A DNA stretch of 64,000 nucleotides from an uncultured Pelagibacteraceae bacterium (GCA_902524285.1 CABZCR010000004.1:11428-75427), one strand, 5' to 3'; shown: positions 51,768 through 63,575, numbered from the stretch's first letter. Numbers and translations are program-made. Notes: a model not told the origin generated them from the letters alone.

Positions 51768-52703
51768 ATGCCGGTAAACAAAGAACAACTTGAAGAAATT
51801 GAAGCCTTAAGGTCTGAAATATCAGAAACAGCTCGTGTTACAGCCCCTGAATTAGAAGCAGTTTTGTACAAGCCAATAGAAGTGCTCGATCATGGCTTTA
51901 TTCGTGTCATTGATTATATGGGGGATGACAGTTCAATAGTGCAGTCGGCAAGAGTATCATATGGTAAAGGCACAAAGAAGATTTCAAATGATAAAGGGCT
52001 TATTAAATATTTGATGAGGCACCGTCACTCAACCCCTTTTGAAATGTGTGAAATTAAATTTCATATTAAACTTCCAATTTTCATTGCTCGACAATGGATA
52101 CGTCACAGAACTGCAAACGTTAATGAGTACTCGGCTCGCTACTCAATCCTTGATAAAGAGTTCTATATTCCATCAGCAGAAAACCTAGCAGCACAGTCAG
52201 CAATCAATAATCAGGGTAGAGGTGATGCGTTAACAGATGATGAAGCTTCTAATGTTATACAAATACTAAAAAAGGATGCAGAGCAGACATATTCTAATTA
52301 TGAAACGTTATTAAACGAAAGTTCTGAGGGCAACATAATTGATGAAAGTAAATCTGGAATTGCAAGAGAATTGGCCCGAATGAATCTTACCCTCAATACC
52401 TATACACAATGGTACTGGAAGATTGACCTGAATAATTTATTGCACTTTCTTGCTCTAAGAGCTGATGACCATGCGCAGTATGAAATACGTGTTTATGCGG
52501 ATGCTATGTTAGATATTGTAAAAAAATGGGTTCCTCTTACTTACGAAGCATTTGAGGATTATAGAATTGGTGGAACAGAACTCTCCGCCAAAGAGGTCAA
52601 TCTGATGAGAAAACTTCTAAAAGGCGAGAAAGTATCTTTTGAAGAAGAAGGTCTGTCTAAAAGAGAATGGAGCGAACTGCAAAGAAAGTTTGAAATTAGT
52701 TAG
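51768..52703 (+). CDS. thyX: FAD-dependent thymidylate synthase
   Basis: 311 aa. It has the ThyX motif [10 protein letters not shown] and a second arginine block, [19 protein letters not shown]. Confidence 0.93.
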   Translation: MPVNKEQLEEIEALRSEISETARVTAPELEAVLYKPIEVLDHGFIRVIDYMGDDSSIVQSARVSYGKGTKKISNDKGLIKYLMRHRHSTPFEMCEIKFHIKLPIFIARQWIRHRTANVNEYSARYSILDKEFYIPSAENLAAQSAINNQGRGDALTDDEASNVIQILKKDAEQTYSNYETLLNESSEGNIIDESKSGIARELARMNLTLNTYTQWYWKIDLNNLLHFLALRADDHAQYEIRVYADAMLDIVKKWVPLTYEAFEDYRIGGTELSAKEVNLMRKLLKGEKVSFEEEGLSKREWSELQRKFEIS

Positions 52704-53781
52704 TATTTGCTAATTGTTCTAATTTTAATCGTTTTAATAAATTCTCAGCCAATTCAATAAACATTTGGCTGACTTTATGATCTGGCACTAAATCTGTAAG
52801 AGGGTGACCTTTTTCGCACTGCTCAAGAAGCAATGGATCATGAGGAAGATTTGCGAGTATTTCATAATCATATTTTTCAGCAACTTCATTTGTTTTACTT
52901 TCACCAAAAAGTTTATATTCTTTGCCTGTATCAGGTGCCAAGAAGTAACTCATGTTTTCTACAATGCCAAGAATGGGGACTTTAGTTTTTTCAAACATCT
53001 TTAACCCTCTGATTACATCAATTAAAGCAATATCTTGAGGTGTAGTAACTATTAAACTTCCAGAGATTTTTAGTTTCTGAATCAGAGACAGTTGAACATC
53101 ACCTGTGCCTGGGGGCAAATCAATGACCATAATATCTGCAGCTCCCCAATTTACTTTATCGATCATTTCATTAATTGCTTTCATGACCATGAGGCCTCTC
53201 CAGATGATGGGATTTTCATCATTTACCATGTAACCCATAGACATTGTAGATAGTCCATATCGATTGATTGTTTCAATTTTTTGTCCATCAGAATGAGGCT
53301 TTTCATTAATTCCAATCATTTTGGGAATTGAAGGACCATAAATATCAGCATCAAGTAAACAGGTTTTTAAACCAAGTGATTTAAACGCACACGCAAGATT
53401 TGATGCGACTGTTGATTTACCAACTCCTCCTTTTCCTGATGCAACTGCAAGAATATATTTTATTTGATTAGTGCCAACGCTATTTGTTTTGTTGTCTGAA
53501 TTCACTTCATCATTTGCATGTGTTGAATTTTCCTTATGTAAGGTTGTGATGATATTGACTTTAGTTATACCAGGAATTTCTTTTAGTACTCTTTGAGCAT
53601 CCTCAAAAATTTTTTCATTTTTTTTCTGATCATTTTCTTTAAATTCAATAATACAGTCTATTTTTCCCTCACTCACAGATACATTTTTAACCATACCCAG
53701 AGCCACTATGTTTTCTCCCGCATCTTCATTAACAACTTGTCCAAGGAGGTGTAAAGCTTGATTTTCCAGAGTTTCTGCCAT
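52696..53781 (-). CDS. apbC: Fe-S cluster carrier ATPase, Mrp/ApbC/NBP35 family
   Basis: 361 aa. It has an N-terminal DUF59-like domain, a deviant Walker A ([11 protein letters not shown]) and DLPPGTGD. It converges on thyX with an 8-nt overlap. Confidence 0.9.
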   Translation of the reverse strand: MAETLENQALHLLGQVVNEDAGENIVALGMVKNVSVSEGKIDCIIEFKENDQKKNEKIFEDAQRVLKEIPGITKVNIITTLHKENSTHANDEVNSDNKTNSVGTNQIKYILAVASGKGGVGKSTVASNLACAFKSLGLKTCLLDADIYGPSIPKMIGINEKPHSDGQKIETINRYGLSTMSMGYMVNDENPIIWRGLMVMKAINEMIDKVNWGAADIMVIDLPPGTGDVQLSLIQKLKISGSLIVTTPQDIALIDVIRGLKMFEKTKVPILGIVENMSYFLAPDTGKEYKLFGESKTNEVAEKYDYEILANLPHDPLLLEQCEKGHPLTDLVPDHKVSQMFIELAENLLKRLKLEQLANTN

Positions 53782-53887
53782 TTTTTTGATCTTGTATTTA
53801 CGTAATTAATTACAATATATCATAGTATAAGTGTAAATAATTGCTTTTAAGCATTTTTACCATATATAGGTAATAATTCTAAAGTAT

Positions 53888-54961
53888 ATGTCTTGGTCTG
53901 ATAATAATAATAAAGATCCTTGGGGTTCTTCGGGAAATGGAAGCGGTAGACGTGGTCCAGGTCCAAATATGGATGATGTGATCCGGAATGCACAGAACCG
54001 TTTTAAGGGAATGATGCCCGGTTCTTTTTTTGGAAAATTAGGACCAATGGTCATCATTGGTATATTAATACTTATATGGCTTGCGAGTGGTTTTTATAGA
54101 GTTCTACCGGACGAGCAGGGCGTGGTTTTACAATTTGGAAAGTATACTAAAACCACACAACCTGGACTGAACTATCACTTACCGTATCCAATAGAGCGTG
54201 TATTCACACCAAAAGTAACCAAAATAAATAGAATAGATGTTGGTTACAGACAAAGTCCAGATTCTAGAGTTACGGCAATTAGAGATGTAGAAGAAGAAAG
54301 CCTAATGTTAACAGGTGATGAAAATATTGTTGATATTGACTTTTCAGTATTCTGGTTAATCAATGATGCAGGTAAATTTTTATTTAATGTTCAAGCCCCT
54401 GAACTCACTGTGAAAAGTGCTGCAGAGACTGCAATGAGAGAGTCTATCGGGCAAGGTGGCCTGCAATCAATTCTAACAGAAGGAAGAACAGAAATAGAGG
54501 AACAAACTAGATCGATTATTCAGGAAATTTTAGACGAATACGGTACAGGAATTACAATAACACAGGTACAAACTCAAAAGGCTGACCCACCAGCACAGGT
54601 AATTGACGCATTTAGAGATGTACAGGCTGCACGGGCTGATATGGAACGGCAAAGAAATGAAGCAGAGGCATATGCTAACGATATAATTCCAAGAGCAAGA
54701 GGTGAGGCAGAGCAAATTCTTCAATCTGCTGAGGGTTATAGACAAAAAGTCATTGCTGACAGTGAAGGTAAGGCAGCAAGGTTCCTGTCAATTCAAACAG
54801 AGTACGCAAAAGCTCCTCAAGTGACAAAGAAAAGAATATTTTATGAGACAATGGAAGATGTATTCTCTGATATGGACAAAGTTATCATTGACAAAGCTGG
54901 AGGTGACTCAGTTGTCCCTTATTTACCTCTTCCAGAATTAAGCAAGAAGTCACAGGAGTAA
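53888..54961 (+). CDS. hflK: FtsH protease modulator HflK
   Basis: 357 aa with a Gly-rich N-terminal tail, one TM segment and an SPFH/band-7 domain (VLQFGKYTKTTQPGLNYHLPYPIE). It is followed by hflC. Confidence 0.92.
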   Translation: MSWSDNNNKDPWGSSGNGSGRRGPGPNMDDVIRNAQNRFKGMMPGSFFGKLGPMVIIGILILIWLASGFYRVLPDEQGVVLQFGKYTKTTQPGLNYHLPYPIERVFTPKVTKINRIDVGYRQSPDSRVTAIRDVEEESLMLTGDENIVDIDFSVFWLINDAGKFLFNVQAPELTVKSAAETAMRESIGQGGLQSILTEGRTEIEEQTRSIIQEILDEYGTGITITQVQTQKADPPAQVIDAFRDVQAARADMERQRNEAEAYANDIIPRARGEAEQILQSAEGYRQKVIADSEGKAARFLSIQTEYAKAPQVTKKRIFYETMEDVFSDMDKVIIDKAGGDSVVPYLPLPELSKKSQE

Positions 54962-54963
54962 TT

Positions 54964-55824
54964 ATGAGCACTACTAGAATATCATTGATAGTTTTAGGAT
55001 TTATATCAATTGTTGCTTATTTCACCCTGTTCACAGTACTGGAAGTAAAAAATGCAATCGTATTGCAGTTTGGTGATCCAAAAAGAGTAATTACTGAACC
55101 AGGTCTTAATTTTAAAATACCATTCATTCAAAATGTAATATTTATTGATAATCGTATTCTAGACATCGATGCACCTGCAGCTGAGGTAATCGCATCTGAT
55201 CAAAAAAGACTTATTGTTGACGCTTATGTAAAATTCAAAATTGTTGACGTTTTAGAGTTCTATAAGGCATTTGGTAATGAAAATGTCGCGAGATCAAGAA
55301 TTTCTGCAGTTGTTAATTCAAGAATTAGGGGCGTTCTAGGTGAGGAACCTCTGTCCGCCGTATTATCAGATGACCGTTCGAAACTTATGAAACAAATTAC
55401 TTCATTAGCCGAAGCAGAAGTGAAGAACTTTGGAATAGAAATTGTTGATGTAAGAATTAAACGAGCTGATTTACCTGAAGCAAATAGCCAGGCAATATTT
55501 GGTAGAATGCAAACTGAACGTGAGCGTGAAGCCAGAGAGTTCAGAGCAAAAGGTGCTGAGATGGCACAAAAAATTCGTTCAACTGCTGATAAGGAAGTTA
55601 CGATTATAAAGTCACAGGCAGAGAAAGAAGCCAACATAATTCGTGGTGAAGGTGATGGAATGGCTAATAAAGTTTTTGCGGATGCATTTGGAAAAGACCC
55701 TGAATTTTTTGCTTTCTACAGAGCAATGCAAGCTTACGCTGAAGGCTTGAAAAGTTCTGATACTACTATGATCTTATCTCCTGAAAGTGAATTCTTTCAA
55801 TATTTCGGAACTTACTCTGAGTAA
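54964..55824 (+). CDS. hflC: FtsH protease modulator HflC
   Basis: 286 aa with an N-terminal TM segment and an SPFH domain (VLQFGDPKRVITEPGLNFKIPFIQNV). It starts 2 nt after hflK. Confidence 0.92.
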   Translation: MSTTRISLIVLGFISIVAYFTLFTVLEVKNAIVLQFGDPKRVITEPGLNFKIPFIQNVIFIDNRILDIDAPAAEVIASDQKRLIVDAYVKFKIVDVLEFYKAFGNENVARSRISAVVNSRIRGVLGEEPLSAVLSDDRSKLMKQITSLAEAEVKNFGIEIVDVRIKRADLPEANSQAIFGRMQTEREREAREFRAKGAEMAQKIRSTADKEVTIIKSQAEKEANIIRGEGDGMANKVFADAFGKDPEFFAFYRAMQAYAEGLKSSDTTMILSPESEFFQYFGTYSE

Positions 55825-55844
55825 AAATATCTCACTTTCCTAAA

Positions 55845-56033
55845 ATGATGCAATTTATATTAGGTTCTCTTGGATTACTTTTAATTATAGAGGGCCTTCT
55901 TTACGCCTTATTTCCAAATAGAATGAAGAATATGATTAGATCTATGTTAGAGATGAACAATGACACCCTAAAATGGGGAGGTCTGGCATCAGCAGTATTA
56001 GGATTTCTAATGTTATGGACTGCAGTCAGATGA
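55845..56033 (+). CDS. DUF2065-like small membrane protein (YjeT-like)
   Basis: 62 aa with two hydrophobic helices. Its position immediately after hflC matches E. coli yjeT. Its stop overlaps the degP start (ATGA at 56030-56033). Confidence 0.7.
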   Translation: MMQFILGSLGLLLIIEGLLYALFPNRMKNMIRSMLEMNNDTLKWGGLASAVLGFLMLWTAVR

Positions 56034-57433
56034 AATTAGATTTCAAAATTATAACAGTCATCTTTTTTTTGTTTATTTGTTCTACGTTTCAATCTTTAAG
56101 CTTTAATGGACCTGATACCTTCTCTGATTTGGCTGAGCGAGTTTCACCCTCAGTTGTTAACATTTCAACGACAGGTATAATTGAAAATACAGGGCCTCAA
56201 GTTCCATCGATTGAAGATTTCTTTAATTTCCCGTTTAATATGCCTAGCCCAGAACCATCAGAAAGAGAGTTTAGTTCATTAGGTTCAGGCTTTGTAATTT
56301 CTGCAGACGGCTTTATTGTTACAAATAATCATGTTGTAGAAAACGCTTCAGACATACAAGTTACTTTTACAGATGGATTAAAATTAGAAGCCGAATTGAT
56401 TGCTTCTGATGCTGAGACTGATTTAGCACTTTTGAAAGTTGACGCAAATAACCTTCCGTTTTTAGAGTTTGGTGACTCAGACACGGCAAAGGTAGGTAAT
56501 TGGGTAATGGCAATCGGTAATCCACATGGACTAGGAGGTACAGTTACAGCAGGTATCGTTTCTGCAAGAGGTAGGATGCTTGGGGGAAGATATGACGACT
56601 TCATACAAACTGATGCATCAATAAATAGAGGCAATTCAGGAGGACCATTATTTGATTTAGATGGAAAAGTGATTGGAGTGAATTCAATGATCATTTCTCC
56701 AAGCGGTGGATCTATTGGAATTGGTTTTGCTATTCCATCAAATCTTGCAAATAACATTATTCAGCAACTGCAAGAAACAGGAGAAATTGAAAGAGCCTGG
56801 TTAGGCGTAAGAATTCAAGAAGTAACTGATGAAATTGCTGAGAGTTTGGGTCTTGGTAAAACTTATGGTGCCTTAGTTCAGGGTTTAACTACAGATAGCC
56901 CGGCACTTAAAGGTGGAGTTAATGAGGGTGACATCATTATTGAATTCAATGGCAAAGAAGTTGAATCTGTTCAAACGCTTCCAAAACTTGTGGCCGAGGC
57001 TGATATTGGTCAATCTACAAAGGTAGTTGTCTGGCGGGATGAAAAAGAAGTTCAGTTATTTGTAAATTTAGGCAAACAACCGTCTCTTGAGGAACTTGCC
57101 TCAATTGAAAATAATGGATCAGCTGTTTTAATAAAAGAACTAGGAATAAAAGTCAGAACCTTGACAGATGAAGACAAGTCCAGATTGGATTTAGCTAAAA
57201 CTTTACAGGGAGTAATTATATCTGAAATCAATAATGACTCTTTCCTAATACGACAAAATATTAAGAAAGATGACATTATTATTGAAATACAAAATAAATC
57301 AGTGAAAGCATCTGGGGAAGTATTACAAATAATTGATGAGGTTGTTTCTCAGGGAAAAGAAAATGTTTTAATTGTATTTTATTCTGGCCCTAACTCTAAA
57401 AAATATATAGGCGCTAGGTTGTCTCTCGACTAA
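56030..57433 (+). CDS. degP: Periplasmic serine endoprotease DegP/HtrA (Do family)
   Basis: The start is set at the Met giving the signal peptide MKLDFKIITVIFFLFICSTFQSLS. The catalytic blocks are TNNHVV, DLALLKV and GNSGGPLF, followed by two PDZ-like domains. The longer track ORF (55973) overlaps the previous gene. Confidence 0.92.
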   Translation: MKLDFKIITVIFFLFICSTFQSLSFNGPDTFSDLAERVSPSVVNISTTGIIENTGPQVPSIEDFFNFPFNMPSPEPSEREFSSLGSGFVISADGFIVTNNHVVENASDIQVTFTDGLKLEAELIASDAETDLALLKVDANNLPFLEFGDSDTAKVGNWVMAIGNPHGLGGTVTAGIVSARGRMLGGRYDDFIQTDASINRGNSGGPLFDLDGKVIGVNSMIISPSGGSIGIGFAIPSNLANNIIQQLQETGEIERAWLGVRIQEVTDEIAESLGLGKTYGALVQGLTTDSPALKGGVNEGDIIIEFNGKEVESVQTLPKLVAEADIGQSTKVVVWRDEKEVQLFVNLGKQPSLEELASIENNGSAVLIKELGIKVRTLTDEDKSRLDLAKTLQGVIISEINNDSFLIRQNIKKDDIIIEIQNKSVKASGEVLQIIDEVVSQGKENVLIVFYSGPNSKKYIGARLSLD

Positions 57434-57438
57434 ATAAA

Positions 57439-58317
57439 ATGGAAAAAAGGGACATACTGGTTATCTTTGGTCCCACAGCAAGTGGAAAGTCAAAGCTTGC
57501 AACTCAAATTGCTTCTAAACATAAATCAGCAATAATTAATTTTGATAGTCTACAGGTATATAAAGATCTAAAGATACTAACTGATAGACCAGACGATGAG
57601 ATATGTAAAAAATTTGACCATCGTCTTTATGGTATGCTTAAAGGCAATGAAAGTTGCTCAGCAGCTATTTGGCTAGAAAAAGCTGAACATGAAATTAATA
57701 ATTGTTTCGATAATAAGTTGCTTCCAATTGTTGTAGGTGGAACAGGTTTGTATTTAAAGGCCTTGATGGATGGACTTTCAGAAATTCCCTCTATAAAAAA
57801 AAATATAGAAGAACAAACAAAGCTGGATTTAGAAACCAATGGTCTTGATCATTTATACAAAAAAATCTTAATTAAATACCCTGGCACAAAAATTAATTCA
57901 AATGATAAGCAAAGAATAATGCGTAGTTATTCATTACTGCTTCAGACTGGAAAAGTTTTAGAAGAATGGCAATTAAATCCAAACAAAAAAATTGATAATG
58001 TAAATTATAGATTGATCCTAACTGGCAATTCACGTGAGAGGCTATATGAGTCAGCTGAGCAAAGAGTTGATAATATGTTTAGCGATGGTGCTGTTACTGA
58101 GGTTCAATCTTTAATTGAAAAAAATTATAGTGCTGAATTATCAATTATGAAGGCAATTGGAGTTCGTGAAATAGCCAACTTTATTGAAGGAAAAGTTAGT
58201 TTAGATGAGGCCAAAAACATAATGAAGAAAAACACTAGAAACTATATTAAAAGACAAGATACATGGATAAAAAGTAATAATATTACTCAAAATGTTGATA
58301 TAAAGAAATATTTATAA
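57439..58317 (+). CDS. miaA: tRNA dimethylallyltransferase
   Basis: 292 aa with the P-loop GPTASGKS, DSLQVYKDL, GGTGLY and a C-terminal RNYIKRQDTW. Confidence 0.92.
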   Translation: MEKRDILVIFGPTASGKSKLATQIASKHKSAIINFDSLQVYKDLKILTDRPDDEICKKFDHRLYGMLKGNESCSAAIWLEKAEHEINNCFDNKLLPIVVGGTGLYLKALMDGLSEIPSIKKNIEEQTKLDLETNGLDHLYKKILIKYPGTKINSNDKQRIMRSYSLLLQTGKVLEEWQLNPNKKIDNVNYRLILTGNSRERLYESAEQRVDNMFSDGAVTEVQSLIEKNYSAELSIMKAIGVREIANFIEGKVSLDEAKNIMKKNTRNYIKRQDTWIKSNNITQNVDIKKYL

Positions 58318-58410
58318 TATATATATAAAATATTCTTTTCATATATTTAAAATATTTGACTTATTAAGTAAATATCCATAAAACGTCATTTCTTATTAGG
58401 GGTATGATTT

Positions 58411-60180
58411 ATGGTTAATATGCAAATGACTGGCGCACAAATGGTTCTGAAAGCCTTGGTAGATCAACAAGTTGATACAATATTTGGCTATCCTGGTGGC
58501 GCAGTTTTGCCAATATATGATGAATTAGCAAAAACTAAGGATTCAAACCATCAAATACGCCATTTTTTAGTAAGGCATGAACAAGGCGCATCCCATGCTG
58601 CTGAAGGGTATGCAAGGTCAAGTGGCAAAGTTGGAGTAATGTTAGTTACTTCTGGTCCTGGAGTTACTAACGCAGTGACCGGATTAACTGATGCTATGAT
58701 GGATTCAATTCCTCTTGTTTGTATCAGTGGACAAGTTCCTACGCACTTAATAGGAACAGATGCATTTCAGGAGTGTGATGCGGTTGGAATTACTCGTCCG
58801 TGCACAAAGCATAATTGGCTAGTTAAGGATATAAGTGATCTATCTCGAATTTTACACGAAGCTTTTTATGTAGCTTCAAGCGGCAGACCTGGACCTGTTC
58901 TCGTAGATATACCCAAAGATATTCAATTCCAAACTGGAACATATATTGGGCCTGATACAGTTAAACATAAGTCCTATAGACCAAAATTAAAAGCTAACAT
59001 TGATAATATTGATGATGCTCTAAAGTTAATCGCAGAAGCTGAAAGGCCAATCTTTTATACTGGAGGGGGAGTGATCAATTCAGGAAATGCAGCCGTTCAA
59101 CTACTAAGAGAGTTTGTTCGTCTTACTGGTTTTCCAATCACATCCACCCTTCAAGGACTTGGTGCGTTTCCAGGTGATGATACTCAGTTTATAGGAATGC
59201 TTGGCATGCACGGTACATATGAAGCTAACATGGCGATGAATAAATGTGACCTCATGATAAACATTGGCGCACGTTTTGATGATAGAATTACTGGAAAAAT
59301 TGACGAATTTTCTCCAAATTCAAAAAAAATCCATATCGATATTGATCCATCATCAATTAATAAGGTTGTCGATGTAGATGTCGCTTTGGTTGGTGATGTT
59401 GCACATGTGCTTGAAGATGCCATTAAGCTATGGAAATCAAAAGTTTATAAAGTTAATAAATCTCAGATTAAAGACTGGTGGAAACAAATAGATAAATGGA
59501 AAGAAGTAGACTCATTAGGGTTTAATGAAGATAAAAAAACGATTAAGCCTCAGTATGCAATACAAAGATTGTATGAGCTTACTAAAGAAAAAGATGTCTT
59601 TGTAACCACTGAGGTTGGTCAGCATCAAATGTGGGCTGCGCAATATTACAAATTTAATAGACCTAATAGATGGATTACATCTGGAGGTTTAGGCACTATG
59701 GGCTTTGGCTTACCTGCTGCGATAGGTGCTCAAGTTGCTCATCCAGATAAACTCGTAATTGATATTGCAGGAGAAGCTTCAATATTGATGTGTATACAAG
59801 AAATGTCGACAGCTATTCAACACAAACTGCCTGTAAAGATTTTCATTATTAATAATCAATACATGGGAATGGTAAGACAGTGGCAAGAACTTCTTCACGA
59901 CAAAAGATACTCTCACAGTTATACAGATGCATTACCTGATTTTGTGAAGCTTGCTGAAGCTTACGGTGCTAAGGGTATAAGAGCCCAAAGTCCAAGTGAA
60001 CTTGACAAGGCAATAAATGAAATGATTGATTATGATGGCCCTGTAATATTTGACTGCGTAGTTGATGAAAACGAAAATGTTTTTCCAATGATACCATCTG
60101 GTAAGGCTCACAATGAAATGCTGCTTGGTGATGAAACAGAAAAAGAAGAGATCTCAGATGAAGGAAAAGTATTAGTATAA
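58411..60180 (+). CDS. ilvI: Acetolactate synthase (AHAS) large subunit
   Basis: 589 aa. Motifs are [30 protein letters not shown] and the ThDP motif [16 protein letters not shown]...[12 protein letters not shown]. The start could also be at the Met 3 or 5 codons downstream (MQMTGAQ). Confidence 0.95.
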   Translation: MVNMQMTGAQMVLKALVDQQVDTIFGYPGGAVLPIYDELAKTKDSNHQIRHFLVRHEQGASHAAEGYARSSGKVGVMLVTSGPGVTNAVTGLTDAMMDSIPLVCISGQVPTHLIGTDAFQECDAVGITRPCTKHNWLVKDISDLSRILHEAFYVASSGRPGPVLVDIPKDIQFQTGTYIGPDTVKHKSYRPKLKANIDNIDDALKLIAEAERPIFYTGGGVINSGNAAVQLLREFVRLTGFPITSTLQGLGAFPGDDTQFIGMLGMHGTYEANMAMNKCDLMINIGARFDDRITGKIDEFSPNSKKIHIDIDPSSINKVVDVDVALVGDVAHVLEDAIKLWKSKVYKVNKSQIKDWWKQIDKWKEVDSLGFNEDKKTIKPQYAIQRLYELTKEKDVFVTTEVGQHQMWAAQYYKFNRPNRWITSGGLGTMGFGLPAAIGAQVAHPDKLVIDIAGEASILMCIQEMSTAIQHKLPVKIFIINNQYMGMVRQWQELLHDKRYSHSYTDALPDFVKLAEAYGAKGIRAQSPSELDKAINEMIDYDGPVIFDCVVDENENVFPMIPSGKAHNEMLLGDETEKEEISDEGKVLV

Positions 60181-60686
60181 TGAGTGAATTAATTTCAAAA
60201 CATACAGTATCAGTTCTTGTTGATAATGAGCCAGGTGTTCTTGCGCGAGTAATAGGTTTAATTTCAGGAAGAGGTTACAATATTGATAGTCTTACAGTTG
60301 CTGAAGTAGATGCAGAAAAACATATCTCTAGGATTACAATTGTAGCGCCAGGTACAGAAGAAACAGTAAATAAAATGATCAGTCAATTACAGAGAATTGT
60401 ACCTGTAAAAAGAGCAGTAAATGTCACATTTGAGAAACAGGGTATTGAAAGGGAGATGGCCTTAGTCAAAATTGTTTCAACCGGAGAAAAAAGAGTAGAG
60501 TCAATGCGGTTATCTGATGTATTTAGAGCCAAAGTTATAGACACAACGCACGATTCTTTCGTCTTTGAATTGAATGGTTCTCCAAGAAAAATTGATGCTT
60601 TTATCGATTTAATGAAGCCATTAGGTCTCTCTGAGGTATCAAGAACTGGTGTAGTTGCTATTGCACGCGGAACGGAAAAGATGTAA
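60180..60686 (+). CDS. ilvH: Acetolactate synthase small (regulatory) subunit
   Basis: 168 aa with an ACT domain (HTVSVLVDNEPGVLARVIGLISGRGYNIDSLTV) plus the IlvH-type C-terminal domain. It has a 1-nt overlap with the large subunit. Confidence 0.93.
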   Translation: MSELISKHTVSVLVDNEPGVLARVIGLISGRGYNIDSLTVAEVDAEKHISRITIVAPGTEETVNKMISQLQRIVPVKRAVNVTFEKQGIEREMALVKIVSTGEKRVESMRLSDVFRAKVIDTTHDSFVFELNGSPRKIDAFIDLMKPLGLSEVSRTGVVAIARGTEKM

Positions 60687-61715
<1,029 letters not shown>

Positions 61716-61852
61716 TTCAGCAATACTTCAGTTCTGCAATTTCAATGATTTATGGCAGAAAATTAGGTTTTTTTACTAATACGTTGAAAAATAACGAATT
61801 TTCATATAATTATCGAAATATCTCAAACAAGTAGAAAGTGCGATAAAACAGA

Positions 61853-61954
61853 GTGGTAAAATTGAATAAAAATTTTGAAAATCAATTAACTGTGAATAGC
61901 ACTTCTCAATCTCTATTGCTGTTAGATCTGCTTAGCAGCCCCTGGGTAATATAA
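61853..61954 (+). promoter_or_regulatory. Putative leucine leader peptide ORF upstream of leuA
   Basis: The frame is open from the TAA at 61844. Candidate starts are GTG 61853, TTG 61862 and GTG 61892; there is no ATG. The peptide ends ...SQS-LLLL-D-LL-SSPWVI*. Six Leu codons fall within seven positions at 61913-61933 (CTA TTG CTG TTA GAT CTG CTT). The stop is TAA at 61952-61954. It lies in the largest protein-free spacer that contains no RNA gene (297 bp). Confidence 0.5.
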
Positions 61955-61968
61955 CATTACTGCAGGGG
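61939..61968 (+). promoter_or_regulatory. GC-rich imperfect hairpin overlapping the leader stop codon (attenuator element candidate)
   Basis: CCCCTG (61939-61944) pairs with CAGGGG (61963-61968). An inner GTAAT (61946-61950) pairs with ATTAC (61956-61960), with small bulges. The leader TAA sits in the loop region. Only a weak, delayed T-tract follows (acttaatttt), so terminator function is unproven. Confidence 0.45.
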
Positions 61969-62012
61969 GTACTTAATTTTAACACAATTTAATTTTATTG
62001 AGAGGATGAGAG

Positions 62013-63572
62013 ATGAACAAAGAAAATAATTACATAAAGATTTTTGATACCACATTGAGAGATGGAGAGCAGTCCCCTGGGGCCTCGATGAATATTGAAG
62101 AAAAACTAAAAATAGCAGAAGCTTTAGAAGATTTGAATGTTGATATTATAGAAGCTGGTTTTCCTGCCGCATCAAAAGGAGACTATGAAGCAGTTTCTGA
62201 AATATCAAAAAAGATTAAAAATTCATCAATATGCGCTTTGAGCAGAGCTTCAAAAAATGATATTCAAACAGCTGCGGATGCTCTCAAAAATGCAGCAGCT
62301 CCAAGAATACATACATTTATCTCAACAAGTGAACTTCACATGAAACATAAGTTACAATTGAATTCCGATGAGGTTTACCAGAAGGTAATTGATAGTGTAT
62401 CTTTTGCACGGAGTCTATGTGATGACGTCGAGTGGTCTTGTGAAGATGGAACTAGGACAGATTTAGACTTTATGTGTAAAACCGTCGAAGCTGCGATTAA
62501 GAACGGCGCGTCTACAATAAATATTCCAGATACTGTCGGATACTCAATTCCTGATGAATTTACAAATATTATAAATTATTTAATGAACAATGTGCCTAAT
62601 ATTGATAAGGTTACTATTTCAACACATTGTCATAATGATCTTGGATTAGCGGTAGCAAACTCTCTTGCAGGGGTGAGAGCTGGTGCAAGGCAAATTGAGT
62701 GCACAATTAATGGTTTGGGTGAAAGAGCTGGGAACGCTGCAATGGAAGAAGTTGTCATGGCGATAAGAACTAGAAATGACATGATGCCTTTTCAAACTAG
62801 TATTCAGACTGAAAAATTAACAAAAACCTCTAAGCTTGTATCGGCAGTTACAGGTTTTCCAGTACAATTTAATAAAGCAATCGTTGGAAAAAATGCTTTT
62901 GCACACGAAGCAGGTATTCATCAGGACGGGATGTTAAAAAATAATAAAACGTATGAGATTATGACCCCAGAAAGTGTTGGAGTTTCAGAGTCAAATCTTG
63001 TAATGGGCAAGCACTCTGGCAGACATGCATTCAAACAAAAGATAATTGAACTTGGGTATTCAATTAATGACAATGTAATTGAGGAGGCTTTTGAAAATTT
63101 TAAAAACTTAGCAGATAAAAAGAAAAATATATATGATGAAGATATTATCGCTATTATTGATGACCAGGTAATCAGAGTTAATGACTCTATTTTACTTCAA
63201 GATTTGCAGGTAGTTGCTGGAACAAAAGGTCCTCAAAAAGCAGAGATCAGTCTTTTAATTGATGATGAGCCAAAGACAGTAACTTCTACGGGAGACGGAC
63301 CTGTTGATGCAATCTTTAATGGTTTAAGTCAACTTGTTCCTCATAAAGGAAAATTATTACTTTACCAAGTTCATGCTGTTACGGAAGGAACGGATGCACA
63401 AGCTGAAGTTTCTGTAAGATTGGCAGAAGATGGTAAAACTGTTGTTGGACTTGGTGCACATACAGATACTCTTGTTGCATCTGCCAAAGCATATATAAAC
63501 GCTCTAAACAAATTAATAATTAAAAGAGAAAAGTCTGCTCCAGCCAGTATGTCAGGTGTCACGGGAGTTTGA
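62013..63572 (+). CDS. leuA: 2-isopropylmalate synthase
   Basis: 519 aa. Motifs are IFDTTLRDGEQSPG, HCHNDLGLAVANSLAG and GERAGNAAMEE. The C-terminal LeuA dimerisation/regulatory domain is present. The SD-like sequence GAGAGGA lies upstream. Confidence 0.96.
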   Translation: MNKENNYIKIFDTTLRDGEQSPGASMNIEEKLKIAEALEDLNVDIIEAGFPAASKGDYEAVSEISKKIKNSSICALSRASKNDIQTAADALKNAAAPRIHTFISTSELHMKHKLQLNSDEVYQKVIDSVSFARSLCDDVEWSCEDGTRTDLDFMCKTVEAAIKNGASTINIPDTVGYSIPDEFTNIINYLMNNVPNIDKVTISTHCHNDLGLAVANSLAGVRAGARQIECTINGLGERAGNAAMEEVVMAIRTRNDMMPFQTSIQTEKLTKTSKLVSAVTGFPVQFNKAIVGKNAFAHEAGIHQDGMLKNNKTYEIMTPESVGVSESNLVMGKHSGRHAFKQKIIELGYSINDNVIEEAFENFKNLADKKKNIYDEDIIAIIDDQVIRVNDSILLQDLQVVAGTKGPQKAEISLLIDDEPKTVTSTGDGPVDAIFNGLSQLVPHKGKLLLYQVHAVTEGTDAQAEVSVRLAEDGKTVVGLGAHTDTLVASAKAYINALNKLIIKREKSAPASMSGVTGV

Positions 63573-63575
63573 TAA

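Noticed and set aside
51665-51871. 68-aa minus-strand ORF in the track.
   Set aside because: It overlaps the thyX 5' end antisense and the acceptor piece and promoter region of tmRNA. It has no coding features.
58356-58384. Sigma-70-like promoter upstream of ilvI: TTGACT (58356-58361), 17 nt, TAAAAC (58379-58384).
   Set aside because: It is plausible, but such hexamers arise easily by chance in roughly 70% A+T DNA. The 93-bp spacer has no room for a leader peptide or attenuator, and there is no supporting evidence.
61716-61780. Possible ilvC terminator: TTCTGC...GCAGAA stem followed by GGTTTTTTT (T-run at 61768-61774).
   Set aside because: The stem is only 6 bp with an 18-nt loop, and it is separated from the T-run by several bases, so it is not convincing as an intrinsic terminator.
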